Source: Felis catus
Taxonomy: Eukaryota
DNA length: 64,000 nt
Reading direction: 5' to 3'
Assembly: GCF_018350175.1 (NCBI RefSeq)
Contig: NC_058368.1
Location: 138,386,001 to 138,450,000, forward strand
The translations under genes were made by a program, and so were the position numbers. The stretch's first letter is position 1; each line of letters opens with the position of its first letter. The notes under the pieces are model-generated. The model was not told where the DNA came from, did no database searches, and saw only the letters and a program-made list of their open reading frames with translations. Of this stretch, positions 1 to 13,180 are shown piece after piece.

Positions 1-365
1 ACTCAAAACCATGCGATTATCTAGGCATTTCTAGGTTGGGCTCAACTTGGTTAGCTGTGGCCCTAAGCTGCAGATTGGGTCCAGGTCTACTCTATGCATT
101 TCATCTTCCTTGGGGCAGTGGGCTAGCCAGGGCATGTTCTTCTCATGGCAATGGCAGAGGTGTGAAGGAGAAAGGGGAAACTCATGCCATGCCTTCAGGC
201 TTTGGTTTAGAGTTGGCACACCGTCCTTTCTGCCCACATGGCCAAACCTGAATCAATGGGGGAGGGAAATAGATACTGTTTCTAGAGCAAGGATCTGCAA
301 AGTCATTGCAAAGGGCATGGATGCAGACAGTGGTGACCTTTGGTAACTATAATGCAGTCTACCAC
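1..365 (-). mobile_element. MaLR LTR remnant (MLT1H/J-like), truncated by window edge
   Basis: MLT1-type motifs (gggcatgttcttctcatggc..ggcagagg; gcaaagggcatggatgcag) ending ...gtctaccaca; family from recalled consensus. Confidence 0.65.
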
Positions 366-1245
366 AATTGAAGTGTGCTTTCTAATCTCCCCCGCTGTGA
401 AAATACATCACTGATGAAATAAGCATCTCGTTATATAATATGTGGTTCCTCAGAAATACGGGTGATAAAACAAGGATTTGGGAGCAGCAGTGCTTTGCAG
501 CTCCAGTCTGTTGGCTTTGTGGATTATCTCTAATTTTATCCTGCCAGTTAATGTTTCTACCAGTGCCTTAGGACACACCCGAGAAAAACTTGTCTTCTGT
601 TTAACAAACTTGCAGGCCTCGTCTTTCCTTATCAGAACTCCTCCTCTGTTAGGAGAGTTCATGTACCTCGGGAGAATGGCTGGGAATGCTACATGATTTG
701 CTGAGGACTATAAAACTATGAGCAGGAATGGCAGCCAGTAACTGCGTTCTAAGGTGGGCATAGAGCAAAGTTATCAGACGCCATTTTGTACTGTTCTGCA
801 AATCTCAAATGAAGCAATGAAGTTTATCTCAAGTCTTTTGGCTTCATAATGGCAAGAAACAATGGCCATTATCTCAAGGCACACATTAATGACAATGACT
901 TATTGTCTCCAGTTGTTTCTTCTGCCATGCCTTATTGCACCAGAAACACCATATTAGAGTAATGAGAGAGGATATTAAACCCCAACGTTGACCTACACTG
1001 CCTTCCTTGCCATCACATCCGTCCACAAAAGACAACACCACTTTTGGAGAATGTACTTGGGACAGAAATCGCTACCATTTTTGCCCCTAATTCCCCTCTG
1101 CCCCCCCCCAAGCTAACCTTTGGATTCAGTTCCCTTGTGAGGAGCCCCTAGACCCTTTCAGGAATGCAAGAATTCTCCCACCAGTCTATTTTAAACTCCT
1201 TAAAGAAAAGGCTTTCATTCAATCCCATCTGCGGTGGTGTGTTGG

Positions 1246-1271
1246 GGTGTGTGTGTGTGTGTGTGTGTGTG
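1246..1271. repeat. (GT)n microsatellite
   Basis: Visible GT dinucleotide run. Confidence 0.95.
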
Positions 1272-2621
1272 TACATGTGTATGACAGAAAATTTTTTGCA
1301 ATGCAAATATTTGTGGATGTTTCAACCTTCTGCTCCTCTCAATCTTAGTCATGCCTTGGTCAAACTATGTCTTAATTACTTTAACCTTTTTTCATCGATC
1401 ACTTGATCCCTCTTTTCCACTCTATCAAGCTTTCTCTTGTTTATTAGGTGCCCAGAGTAGAGGACAAAATTCTCTAGATTTGCCCCCAGATTACATCTGG
1501 GTCCCACATAGTCAACATCGGAAATGGATTGGAGAGCTTCAGGAGCAGAGAACTTGTTCTTGCTACTTTAGATACACTCGAGTACTCATTTAACTCAAAA
1601 GAGACAATATTTCCATTCTGAGTAGTCAAGCAATAAAGAAAAGACGCTTCAGGCTTTTTTTTTACACAGAGACTTAGTAGCATGTCTGAGGCCCCAGGCT
1701 GAGGCTGCTGGAGTGTGAGGGGCTTTGTGCCTCTGGTTGGTGGCTAATACACGGTCAAGGCAGCATATTTTTCATCTCTATCCCGAGATCTGCCCAATGG
1801 AAATGTAATCACACATTTCATCAAGGTTCCCATCTTGTTAACCGTACCTTACCTTAAAATACTTAGGAGAGGGTACCGCTTGTGAAGAGTATGCTTAGGA
1901 TGGAAATCACCCCTCCCCTCTGTCCCTGCCTCCTCTCTCCTTTCCTACCTCCCTAAGCCAAGCCTCGGGTTCAACCTCTGTAGTTCAGCTCCCCTGACAG
2001 GAGCCACTGAGCCCTTTCACATGTGCAAACGGTGCTCATCACTTACTGCCCATCCCATCTCTCTTGGCAGGCATATAAACCATGCCCTGGCGATATTTCT
2101 CTGAAGCAGGGAAGAGATCCTTAAAGGGAGCCAATTGGCTCCATTTAGGGTCATGCTTGGTTCTGGGTATCTCTTTCACAACTGTTCAAGATAGTTGAAC
2201 ACAGCAGAGGCAGGAACACGCTGCAAGAACCTCAAGGCTCGTTTGATGAGCACCTATCAGGGGACTTTCCAGACTTCAAAGTGATTTTGCTGCAAAGAAT
2301 GAATGAGCCCTACTGGACCCAATGCTTCTTGCTGAAACACAGAGAGCTAAAATGCTTTTCAGAATCTTAAACAATTGAGGGATAGGTTCTAGGACAGGCC
2401 TTGTATTTCATCAAATATGTTTTGAACTCTGAAACACTTTACAAAGTCCTCTGATTCTCTGCTATTGGAAGTTACCATTTGGGGCTTTCAACTTCTTTCC
2501 CATGATAGTTAATTCCAGTAAAGTGACCTTGAAAAGTTATTTAATTATTCACATTTTAGTTAAAGCGAAGGGAAAATTCCATGATATAGAAAATGCAAAA
2601 ACTTGTTCTGACTAAGCTTTT

Positions 2622-2860
2622 GGGGGTCCCTGGATGGTTCAGTCAGTTAAGCATCCAACTCTTAGTTTCAGCTCAGGTCATGATCTCATAGTTCCTGAGT
2701 TTGAGCCCCACATCAGGTTCCGTGCTGACAGTGCAGAGCCTGCTTGCGATTCTCTCTCTCTATTTCTCTGTCTCCCTGTCTCTCTCTCTCTCTCCCTTTC
2801 TCTCTGCCTCTCCCCCGCTCACTCTCTCTGTCTCTCTCAAAAATAAAGAAGTAAAAAAAA
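2622..2860 (+). mobile_element. CanSINE (older feliform/carnivore type)
   Basis: tRNA-like head gggggtccctggatggttcagtcagttaagc, (CT)n tract, A-rich tail. Confidence 0.92.
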
Positions 2861-5829
2861 TGTAAAGAGGAAGATTTGTAAAAATAATCAAGTAGCATAG
2901 CAGTTTACTAAGAAGTGTCATATTTTCTGGGCGGTGAGTGCAGAATTCACATTAGCACATCGACCACTCTACTCAGGCTAGGGACAAAAGTTCATCAGGT
3001 GCAGTTTGCAGTATCTCCGAAAGATTCAGGACTACAGGGGATACTATTAGTTCCTCCCAGTATTTTAGATCAGGAGGCTTCCGGGGAGGGAGGGGTCATT
3101 TATTTCTGAGGTTCCGTCTTTGTCGCCGTAGTAATTTTTCATCACCATTTTGCAACTGGTGAAGAAAGACTTGTGGAAGTTACAGCACAGCATTTCTGAA
3201 AGTGTTCTCTGAGGAATACAGCTCCTATAGAATTGTCACTGAATGTGATAGAGATCCTGTGATCACATGAACTTGGAAGCATTGAGTTAAACAACCTTAA
3301 AAACCTTTCCTTGCTGAATGTCTTCTCAGAGACTTTTAAATGCTGGGGTACACTATGAACCTCCAGACAGAAGTGGGATGGGAGGCAGGAGTTTGGGTGG
3401 ATAGAGAATAGTGCATACACCACTCCAAGAACTTCCCTTACCTTCTCCCGTCTGCCTTCCTCTAGAAAATCTTGTAGAACTGGTGCTCCATGAAACATTC
3501 TGTGACCCACCTAGTCCAAGTGGAAATAGTCCCAAATTGGGAACCTGTTTCTCAGGGTTCCAGGTCTGGATGTTTAATGTCAGGTGCTTATTTAACCTCT
3601 CTCAGCCTCAGTTTTCTCATTTGCAACAAGAGCAAGTCAGTCCTAACGGTTCTGGAATCCTGCGTTTCCTTGTGTGAATGCTTCCTCACATTTATTGCTT
3701 TCTGACTCAAAATGTGTTCTGTGTACTCCTTTTAGGGAGAGTCAGCCCCCCAAGACATCCCAAAATGAACAAATAGTAGCAGCCCGCTACCACTACTGTG
3801 GCTCACCTATGCATTTATAGGACCAAATGGCTTTGCATTAAACCAAAACACCACTAGCCAAGCCTTCCTGGAAAGAATAGTTGGTACTGCTGAATGCTCT
3901 CTTGACAGATGACTCTCGGACAACATGAATCATACTTTGAACTTCAAGTGCATTGCACATTTCATCACATTTTCAGCCAGGACCAAGGAGAATTTTCAGT
4001 GTGAAGGGAGACACAGCCATTTACCCTGGGGTTGTTTGTTAGAATGATGAAGATACCATTCTAGAACAGATAGGGCCTCATAAAATAGCTGTCTGTTGAA
4101 GGCTTTGCAGTGACTTTGATGTTCTGCAGGGAAAAGTCATCACAAGTGCGGATGGGCCTGGCTAAGTCCAAGAAGAACTGAAAGGCAGAATTCCTGGAAC
4201 TTCTTATTCATTCACTTGGCCACTCTTCATCGAGCACTGACGAGGTACGAGAGCTCACATAGCTGTCATCATCATGATCATCATCAAGACAGGGTCCCTT
4301 TTATAACATTCTCACCAGACCTGGGTGTTACAATTTGAAGCTCTTTGCTAATCTGAGAAGTGAAAAATGCCTTTTCATGCATTACGTGCAGTACTGCATT
4401 TCATGCAGTACGTGTGAGCAACACTAAAGGCCAGGTATAGCCCCAGGTCTTCCGTAGGGCCAGCCATTATGCTAGCTGTGACATCTTGTACCAGCTACCC
4501 TTGTGCCTCCGTGAGCCCCTCGTGACCTCTCAGAGTGGTTGATCTTCTGGACTGTGTGGGGGTGCAGGACTCTTGCAGGGCAAAACACGTTTCTGCACAG
4601 GTGGAATACACCTAACACCCAACAACTTTATTTAGGTGTTAGAATATTTTCTTTCTTTAGCTTGTCTTGCCATGTCTTTGCATCAATTTTGAATCCTAAT
4701 GGGAGAGGAACAATGGAAACAGCCCATCTGTTTGGCAGAGCGGAAGCTCTTGCTTGAATGAATTCCCCGAGGAAACCCAAATCCTCAGCAAACTTTCAAG
4801 CCAGCCTCTTTGTCTCATTTTATTCTTTGCATATCTTTTATATCCCACATGATGCATACTACAGGGATGTGTCATGGGCCTCATATATAGCAGCAGAGTC
4901 ATGTGGAGAACCTCTGTGGTTCTGTGGTCCCGAGGATCTGGGTGGACAGACAGCTTCCTAATGGTAACATTCTCCTCACCTACTTGGATCCTCTCCCACC
5001 AACCTACTTGTTCTCCTGCTGAAAAAAAAAAAGACTTGGGCTTGTGGCTAGTCCCTTGGCTGGGTCCAAAATGAAGGAACCTCCCAGTTTCTTTCTCCTC
5101 CTACTTCCTGCACCAACCAGTGAGCTCATCATGTGGTTGAGGATTTGTACCTAGGCAGGTACAGTTTTGTTTTTGCAAGTTGGAACATAACGTTTTCTAT
5201 CTCTAGAGGTTCAAGGGGCCCTTGTCAGAGGGTGCTCATTTCACAAATGTATGTCAGGCTTTGGAGTTGTATGAGGACTCGAGTTTTTAATCACTTCCAT
5301 CCCGTGACAATCCATGAAATAGAGCTGTTCTCTCTTGTTGCTTTCTCCTTGGAGCCAGTTTGTTGTAGGTTGACCTCTTCTTAGCGATGGGACAGACATA
5401 AAGTTAAGGTGGTTTCTGTGCAGCTTTAAGACATTCAAGATGTCCATTTGATGATGAGGTCCCAAGAACATTCTAAGGCTGGATATGTTGAGAGTCTGGC
5501 TTATTAGAGATGGTATTCAAGGTGCAGCTATGTTGTATTGAAGAGATGGTCTCCCAAATGTTTCATTGTTCAAGTTGACCGTAGAGTCATCCATGCTCCC
5601 TCTTTCTCCTTCTAATCACCCATGACCAAGGATAAGAAATCATACAAGTTGGCAAAAGGAAACTGGTTTGGGCCAACGCCCCAAACCTTCTTTTTACATT
5701 TCTCTCATTTAAAGAAGTATTCTTCACCTTGTGGACCCTGACATGGCTGCCTTTGGAAGAGTGCCATGCTTACAGCTCACACTGGCAGAGGAGCAGGGAT
5801 GGAAAGACAGACGTGTGAAAAGAGAAGCC

Positions 5830-6075
5830 ACAGGTCCAGCGAGCCGCTCGTTAAGGTTAGCTCTGCCAATCCCAGGCTCTTGGCCACGATACTCTACTAC
5901 TTACCATTTGTGTGTCCTCCAGCAAGTACCACATTTCCTCATTGTTAGTAATGGGAACAATTGTCATACTAATTTCAAAGGGTTGTGGAAAAATTGAATG
6001 ACTTAACACAGGGAAAAAACTCCCAACGGCATCTGGTCTATGATAAGAGCTACCTAGTATTAGCAATTGTTGTTA
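5830..6075 (+). mobile_element. MIR remnant
   Basis: MIR core-like text (aatcccaggctct..acttacc..tttcctcatt..aatggg..agggttgtg). Confidence 0.55.
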
Positions 6076-6814
6076 CCATTATTATTGTGATCATGATGAT
6101 AATCAGAGTGGCTCCAATAAACTTCAGATGGAAGCCTCTGGTCTCCCTAAGGAAGAGGAAGACATTAAGTGGGAAAGCGGTTCATGGCACCAAGAGCTAC
6201 TGGTTTTGGAATACCTGACCAGCTGCAGCAAAAACCATGCTGCTTAAAGTCCTTTTTGTTTTCACATCGTAGTTGACAAAACCCCTTTAAGCAGTATACC
6301 TCTTCTTGTTTTCTACAAAAATGAAATAATTTTTGCAAAATGTTTGTCAAGGAAAACGCAAGCTATCATCACTGTGGTTTCCTTTTCAGCCATAAAGGTG
6401 CTTAGATTTTTTTTTTTTCCCCCTGTCACTAACACAAGTTAAATAGACTATGTTTTTCTTTCTTTCACTGTCCTTTTTAAAAAATGGGTTTAAAATGTTG
6501 GACAGTGAAAGAGTTGCCCCTAAGGCTCATTGTGTCAAACCACATCATTCAGTCACCCACTCACCACTGCAACTTGTATCCAGAAAGGTATCAACATAGA
6601 GAAGCACTAAGCAGGCAGCAAGAAAAGAACACAAAGGAACAGGTGAGGTCTTTGTCCAACCCATAGCAGAAAACACAATAACAAAAAAGAAACTCAGTGG
6701 ACACAAAATATTGGGAGAGCTACCTGGGGAAGTCACATGGCCTCTCTGGAACAAGCAAAAGAGAATCGCAATTCACAGTGAACCTCTGTAGCAGTCCATG
6801 GTCTTCATTTTTTA

Positions 6815-7075
6815 ATCATATTTGCTAAAATTTACTGGATATTATCTGTGCTCTAAGAGCCCTCCTAAGGGGCCTACAATGTCTTATCTCTTTTAATCCT
6901 CACTAATAACCCATTGGGGTAGGTATTACTATTGCTTCCGTTTTACAGTTGAGCAAAGAGTAGCCCCGAGAGGGTAAGTCACTTTCTGAAGGTGATAGCT
7001 AATAAGTGGCGGAGCCAGGATTTAATCCAGATCTGTGTGACTCTAAAGCTCACACTTGTAACTGTGACGCCATCT
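6815..7075 (-). mobile_element. MIR
   Basis: tttaatcctcac..aataacc..gtaggtattact..ttttacag..agccaggatttaatccagatctgtgtgactctaaagc, typical reverse MIR. Confidence 0.8.
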
Positions 7076-9088
7076 GCTTCCCTCATTAATGAGTGGTACA
7101 TCCCAATAGTCTCTAGTGGAGCCATATTGGAAAGGTAATAAGAATGTGTCCCCCAAAGGAGATCATCAGCTATTAGAGGGATAGGGAAACATCATATACT
7201 AGAGTTTTCCAGATCCTCCTTTCAATTTTGAGTTTGTGAACTGATGCCTGTAAGGCCGAGACACTAGACGAGGAAAAAAAAAAATACCCTGGGCCCAGTA
7301 TTTCCATGGTAAGTGAGCTAAAGCGTGAGCCCACAAAGAGCTATGCATCACTGCTCCTCAGCAAACCATAAATAATAATGGCAACTAATAAAATCAAATT
7401 CATGTGCACCAGTGTGATTACTCGAGCGTTAGCCTTTGCAGGGAGAGCCCAGCACATCTGCTGCCATAACTCAATAGAAATCAGACTCCTGGTATTTCTA
7501 GTGGGCGGTTTTGGAGAGCTACTTTTTAAGAAGTCTGGAATAATCGTACATACTTTGGTGAATATGCAATTGACAGATAATTTACTTCCCATTCATCAAC
7601 ATCCTCAATGAAGGAAAATATTGGAGTGATTAATATGATGCTTTAATGGGGGAGGGAAGGAAAAAAAATCAATCTGGAAACTTAGTATTTGGATAATTTA
7701 TGGGCAGTATGGCATGGAAAAGGCTGCATCAGATTTTGAGCAAGTACAAGTTTTGTGCCTCAATAAGGAGCTTATAAATAAACATGAAGGCCTAGCAATC
7801 TTGAACTTCAGAATTAATCTCATTGGAAGTAATAAAGGACTCAGTTTCAAAGAAGGAAATCTAGGGCAGAATGCCCAGCTCAGTAGACAATCTGGGGAAG
7901 GGGAAAACTTTTGGGAAAATTAAAAACCTTTCTGATTAGTTATTTTTATTTTTAACCGTAAACATAAGAGAACCAAAGTTCTTCACATGTAATCTCTGAA
8001 AATTTAAAATAGATGAATTCCCATATGAGAAGGGCTTTAAAATTCATCTAGTCCAATCTCTTCATTTAATAATATAAAGGAGAAAGATTCCAGAAAGCTG
8101 GATAGATGGGTATACATTTACATGTCCAGCCAGCTTAATTTTATATTAATGAGATTTTTTTAAAATAATCATAATTTATATAATCTTTCTGATTATAAAA
8201 GTGACAAACATATATGGGAACAAAATGAGAAAAAAACATGAAAAAGCAAAATGGTAAAAAAAAATCATAATTCTACCACTCAAATCATCGTTCCATTAAT
8301 GTTCAGGTATATTGCCTTCTCTTCTCTTTATACATTTATACTGAGTTTGTATTTCACTGAAATGGCATTATACTATCCTTTACATTTTGATTTGGCTTTG
8401 AAGATTTTTGATAAGTTAAAAATAGCTTTATTGGTTTTTGTGTGTGTGTGTGACCCTAAAAGGCAATACATGTAAAACATTCAGACAATATAGAAATTAT
8501 GAGGAAGCAAATAAAAATCCCTGGGAACTTCGCCATCCACAGGTAAAAACTGGTAATACTGATTTATTTTCTTCTCAAGTGTTTTCTGTGGTATCCTCGT
8601 CACCCAGATGATCCCCTGCCTCACCAATTTATGGGTTCATATGAGCTCTCTTGAAAATTAATACATTTGCTGGCTCTTCCTTGCCAGCTGAAATGAAACC
8701 TTCAGGATCTCTAGTGCTGTCTCACTCTCTCCCCTAGTCATTTCTGGGGATACCTGTGGTAGCTCAGGGTCCCACATACCTCCTGTTTTGCTCTGTGGAT
8801 GTCCCATGATCACAGAGCCTCGAGGGACACATGGGGTCACCCCAGCAGGGAGCAGGAGCCTCTGTGAGAGGAGTCCTTTTTTCCTTCCCCAACATTCAGT
8901 CTCCTGGGACTTTGAGACTGCAAAGGAGTCATGGTATCAGAGACGCTGGAGCCTCTTTGGGCTTCCTTGGCTTCCATGTGCCCTGCCCAGAGGGGAGTAC
9001 CATGCCTCGTTCTCCACCCCATGCTTTTGTAGGTTCTATATTTCTACCTCTTTGGGGAAGGTAAGTGTGCTTAAAAACAGCTTTTCTA

Positions 9089-9302
9089 GGGGCGCCTGGG
9101 TGGCGCAGTCGGTTAAGCGTCCGACTTCAGCCGGGTCACGATCTCGCGGTCCGTGAATTCGAGCCCCGCGTCGGGCTCTGGGCTGATGGCTCAGAGCCTG
9201 GAGCCTGTTTCCGATTCTGTGTCTCCCTCTCTCTCTGCCCCTCGCCCGTTCATGCTCTGTCTCTCTCTGTCCCAAAAATAAATAAACGTTGAAAAAAAAA
9301 AC
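9089..9302 (+). mobile_element. Young felid CanSINE (SINEC_Fc-type)
   Basis: Near-consensus and CpG-rich; TSD AAACAGCTTTTCTA at 9075-9088 and 9303-9316; TT/AAAA L1 endonuclease site upstream. Confidence 0.97.
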
Positions 9303-9419
9303 AAACAGCTTTTCTAGCCGTCTAGTCCAAGTGCAACATCATGACTAAGGATCTCCAGTCCCTGACTTTAGCAACCCCCTGTGATCTATTTTGGATTAAT
9401 TTTTGGATATTTTGAAAAA

Positions 9420-9770
9420 ACTTTTGGATGCGGTAGGAGGTATGGATCAAAGTTCAGTTTTGCAGATGGATGTCCAATTGTTTCATCATATTTGTTGAAA
9501 ATGCTATCCTTTCTCTTCTGAATTGTCTTGGTGCCTTTGTCAACAATCGGTTGTCTGTTATGTGGGTGTCTATTTCTGAACTCTCTTTTGCCTCCAATCA
9601 GTTGTCTACCTTATTCAATTCCACATTGTCATTATTAGTGTAGCTTTATAATCAGTCTTGAAATCAGGTAGACTTAGTCCTCCAGCTTTATTCTTCTTTT
9701 TCAAAGTTGTGTAGACAATTCTAGGTCCTTCATATGTGAATTTGAGAATCCATTTGCTAATAATACTTGT
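9420..9770 (-). mobile_element. Old L1 (L1M) ORF2 fragment
   Basis: Minus-strand translation KKKNKAGGLSLPDFKTDYKAT matches the L1 ORF2 motif KNKAGGITLPDFKxYYKA; degenerate. Confidence 0.88.
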
Positions 9771-10760
9771 TTTCATGTCCTTGCCTGATAATTCTAACAT
9801 CTGTCCCAGTTCTCATTCAGTTTTGATTAATTGATTATCCTTCTCATTCTAGGTCGTGTTTTCCTGCCTCTTTGCTAATTTTTTATTGTATTCCAGATAT
9901 TGTGAACTTTACCTTGTTGCACACTAGACGTTTTTTTATTCTTATCAGTATTCATGAGCGTTGTCCCAGAATGCAGTTAAATTGGTCAGAAACCATTTGA
10001 TCCTTTTTAGTCTTGCTGTTAAGATTTGTTAAGCAAGAATAGATTAGTGCTTTCTGTCGGGCTTGTTCCCCATCATGGAGGCAAGATCCTTCTGTGTTTC
10101 TATCTAATGAATTGTGACATTTTCCAGTCTGTCTGTGGGAACGTGCCCTACCTGTGCGAGTGCCTAGTCTTGTTAACTGGTCTTTCTCCAGCCATTGGGT
10201 CGTTTCCTACCTGATCACTAATCAGCAAGGGAGACCCTCTGCACCCTTCTCTGTGAAGCTCTTACCTCCCCAGCAGTTTGTTCAGAGAACTCCACTTAAT
10301 CTTGGTCTCTCAGACTCTCAGCTCCCTCCCCTCAACTTGGGGACCCTTCTCACTGCAAAGTGGTCTGGGAAATCTGCTGAAGTTTGCTAACGCCATTTTG
10401 TAGGGCTCATCTCGTTTGTTTCCTGTCGTTCAGGGAGTATCTTAAAAACCATTGTTTAATATATTTTGTCTGATTAAAAAAAAAACGTTTCAGTGTTTAT
10501 GTATTTTTGAGGGTGGGGGGAAAGGCAGAGAGAGAGGGAGACAGAAGAGCCAAAACAGGTTCTGCGCTGTCAGCACGGAGCCAGACGCGGGGCTTGAACT
10601 CATGAACCGTGAGATCATGACCTGAGCCAAGGTCAGATGCTCAACTGACTGAGCCACCCAGGCGCCCTCTGGTTCTTTTTAATCTAATACTTTCTGAAAA
10701 TTTCAGGCAGGAGAGTAAATCTGGTACCCTTTATTCCACCATGGCTGGAAGCAGAAGGCA
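9770..10760 (-). mobile_element. Old L1M (L1MC/MD-like) 5' region, interrupted by a CanSINE
   Basis: ggtaaatctggt..cc..ttattcca..atggctggaagcagaag terminus and T-rich text resemble recalled L1MC/MD 5' ends. Confidence 0.55.
10488..10667 (-). mobile_element. CanSINE
   Basis: Reverse head ...gactgagccacccaggcgccc, gagatcatgacctgagc core. Confidence 0.93.
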
Positions 10761-12013
10761 CATTAACATTTTAAAGGCCTTTTGTACATATTGCCAAATA
10801 GCTCTCCAGTAACACCAGACGATAAAGGGCAGAGCAGTTGAACCAAGTTTATGTGTCTTCAGTGCCCATCCTTTTATTAAAACAGTGTCAATTTGATAAG
10901 TGGCAAATATCATGCTGTAACATGCCATTCTTTAGTCGCCACTGACACACAATGTACTTTCATCTCATCAGGTATTTGTATTTCCCCCGTGGTGGGTCTT
11001 TGCCTTGTTTTCATTCATTTCCTGGAGCACTCACGCACAGGATCTGAGTCAGCACCGTGGGCAGAGGGACCAGTCAGACGCTTCAGATTCCCGTTCCAGA
11101 GAGTTGCGCTGTGTGCACTAAGGCTGTAGAACAACCCGAGGGGTAGAGTAGAATGGAGAAGCTTAGCCAAGGTGCTTGGAAAGCCAGAGAGAACCTGTTA
11201 CCTGACCTTGAGCGTGAACTAACTAGGTCTTTGTTACCAGCAAACAGAGGTGGAATTAAATTTATAAATGCTAAACTCTGCTCCTGTTTCCAATGGGGAG
11301 CTGCCTTGTGCGTGTTTGTAGGTGGTAGCCAGCAATCTGGATTTATTGGCAACCTTGTGAAAATGACTGGGGATTTTTTTTTTTTTTTTTTTTTTTTTTG
11401 GCGGATAGAGCTGTTTTGGTCGGGTCTGAGGTTAGTCAGACCCTGTTCTGTAATGTCTCCTTGGGCAAACTAAGACTCCCTATTCACAGTAAAGTTTTGT
11501 TTGTCTTTGGCCTGTTTCGTTAAAAAAAAACTTTATAATTTAGTTGATTTCTCCCATCATCCTGCTTCAGAAGCATGAAAACCAAAGGTATGTGGAGACA
11601 GTGTTATCTGAATCTCCAGGTTTACTTCAACACACTTTGGAAGTTCTTTTTAATAACCCTCATGTCTTTGATGATTCTGAGTCAAATACAACAACATTTT
11701 ATATTAATTATGAGTTGAATACAGCATTTTATATTAATTATGGCAGCTCCCAAAATGAATAAATATTTTTGAATGAAGCCGACAGTTATATTTCATCCGA
11801 CAGATCAAGTTGTAATAATCTGTAAATGGTTCCATATCAACCTTCTCAACAATCTTTACATAAGTAACCTGTGTACCAACTAAAAATCAGAGTAATACGT
11901 AATGCATACATTTATGCATACAAACATATTCACACATAGCCCACGCCCATTTTTAGTTTGTGCTTTTACCAAGGAGAACTGGGAGATGTTCAAGGCTATC
12001 CTAGCAATTCATG

Positions 12014-12391
12014 TGTATTAGACTGTTAGGGCTGCCATAATAAAACACCACGGACTGGTGGCTTAAACAACACGCCTGTATTTTCTTATAGTTCTGAAGG
12101 CTGGAAGTTCAAGACCAAGATGCTAGGATTGAGTTTCTAGTGAGACCGCTCTTCTTGACTTGCAAACAGCCTCCTTGCTGTGTCCACACATGGCCTTTTC
12201 TCTGTAGGCATGCTGCCCTGGTGTCTCTTCCTTTTTTTGTAAGGACAGCAGTCATATGAGATTAAGGCCCCATACCTACAACCTCAGTGAGCCTTAGTTA
12301 CCTCTTTAAAGACCCCATCTCCAAATGCAGTCGCTTTTGGAGGGCTTCAACATATGAATTTTGAGGGTGGGGCAAGATTCAGTTCATAACA
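12014..12391 (-). mobile_element. MaLR LTR (MLT1A-like)
   Basis: tgtattag..gggctgccataataaaacaccac.gactgg.ggcttaaacaac...ttcagttcataaca; TG...CA ends. Confidence 0.85.
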
Positions 12392-12970
12392 ATCCGAAAG
12401 GGGGTTCCTGCTTTTTGGAATCTAGAGGAAATACAGAAAAATTTAGGCATAGCGTCAGGTCTCGTGACGTTTCTAGGAAAAATGCTGCTAAAAAGATGGG
12501 ATGGCGTCCCTAGCCGCTGAGAGGGAGCTCCATCTGGGACTGGCCCCTGTGTGAGCCTGAGGTCCAGGTGCCTAGAGTCCTGCCCAGCGGAAGAGACTGT
12601 GGGGCCTGGGACGCACCCTGTCCTATGGGCAATGGTTGAATAAAGCCATCTCAGTGAAAAAAAGAAAAAAGAAAAAGGTATGAGGGGCATGCTATTTCAA
12701 CCCCTGAATGCAGGAGTGGTGGTGGGTTTGGGAGGAGTATTATCTTTGAGAACAAGAGAACTCACCCAGACAAAGAATGGACAACGAATTGGGAGTCTAT
12801 TCCAGAGACAATATGAAATATTACTAAGGGCAACTCTAGGGAGCTTTAAATGATATACCTAGGATTCTTACTGAATGCTATAGGTTATAAGATTTACTTG
12901 GAAAAGGAGAGTCATCGTAACACAGAAATATCCACTGAAAACTAACCAATTTAAAAATCAGTGGTCACTC

Positions 12971-13180
12971 GGGGTGCCTGGGTGGCTCAGTTGGTTAAGC
13001 GTCCGACTTCGGCTCAGGTCATGATCTCATGGTTTGTGAGTTCAAGCCCTGCGTTGGGCTCTGCACTGTGAATTCAGAGCCCAGAGCTTCCTTTGGATTC
13101 TGTGTCTCCCTCTCTCTCTGCCCCTCCCCCACTCATGCTCTGTCTTTCTCTCAAAAAATGAATAAACGTTAAAAAAAATT
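12971..13180 (+). mobile_element. CanSINE
   Basis: Full head/CT/A tail; TSD AAAAATCAGTGGTCACTC vs AAAAGTCAGTGGCCACTC. Confidence 0.95.

Noticed and set aside
4386..4411. Short inverted repeat GTACTGCAT-ttc-ATGCAGTAC
   Set aside because: A 9-bp stem is too short for a pre-miRNA or MITE and has no supporting context.
9089..9175. tRNA-like A/B boxes
   Set aside because: These are tRNA-derived SINE heads followed by a CT tract and poly(A), not tRNA genes.
9036..9292. Recurrent ORFs such as MGQRETEHERGRGRERGRHRIGNRLQA... and GAPGWRSRLSVRLQPGHDLAVREFEPRVG... seen many times in the window
   Set aside because: They are translations of CanSINE copies, not a gene family.
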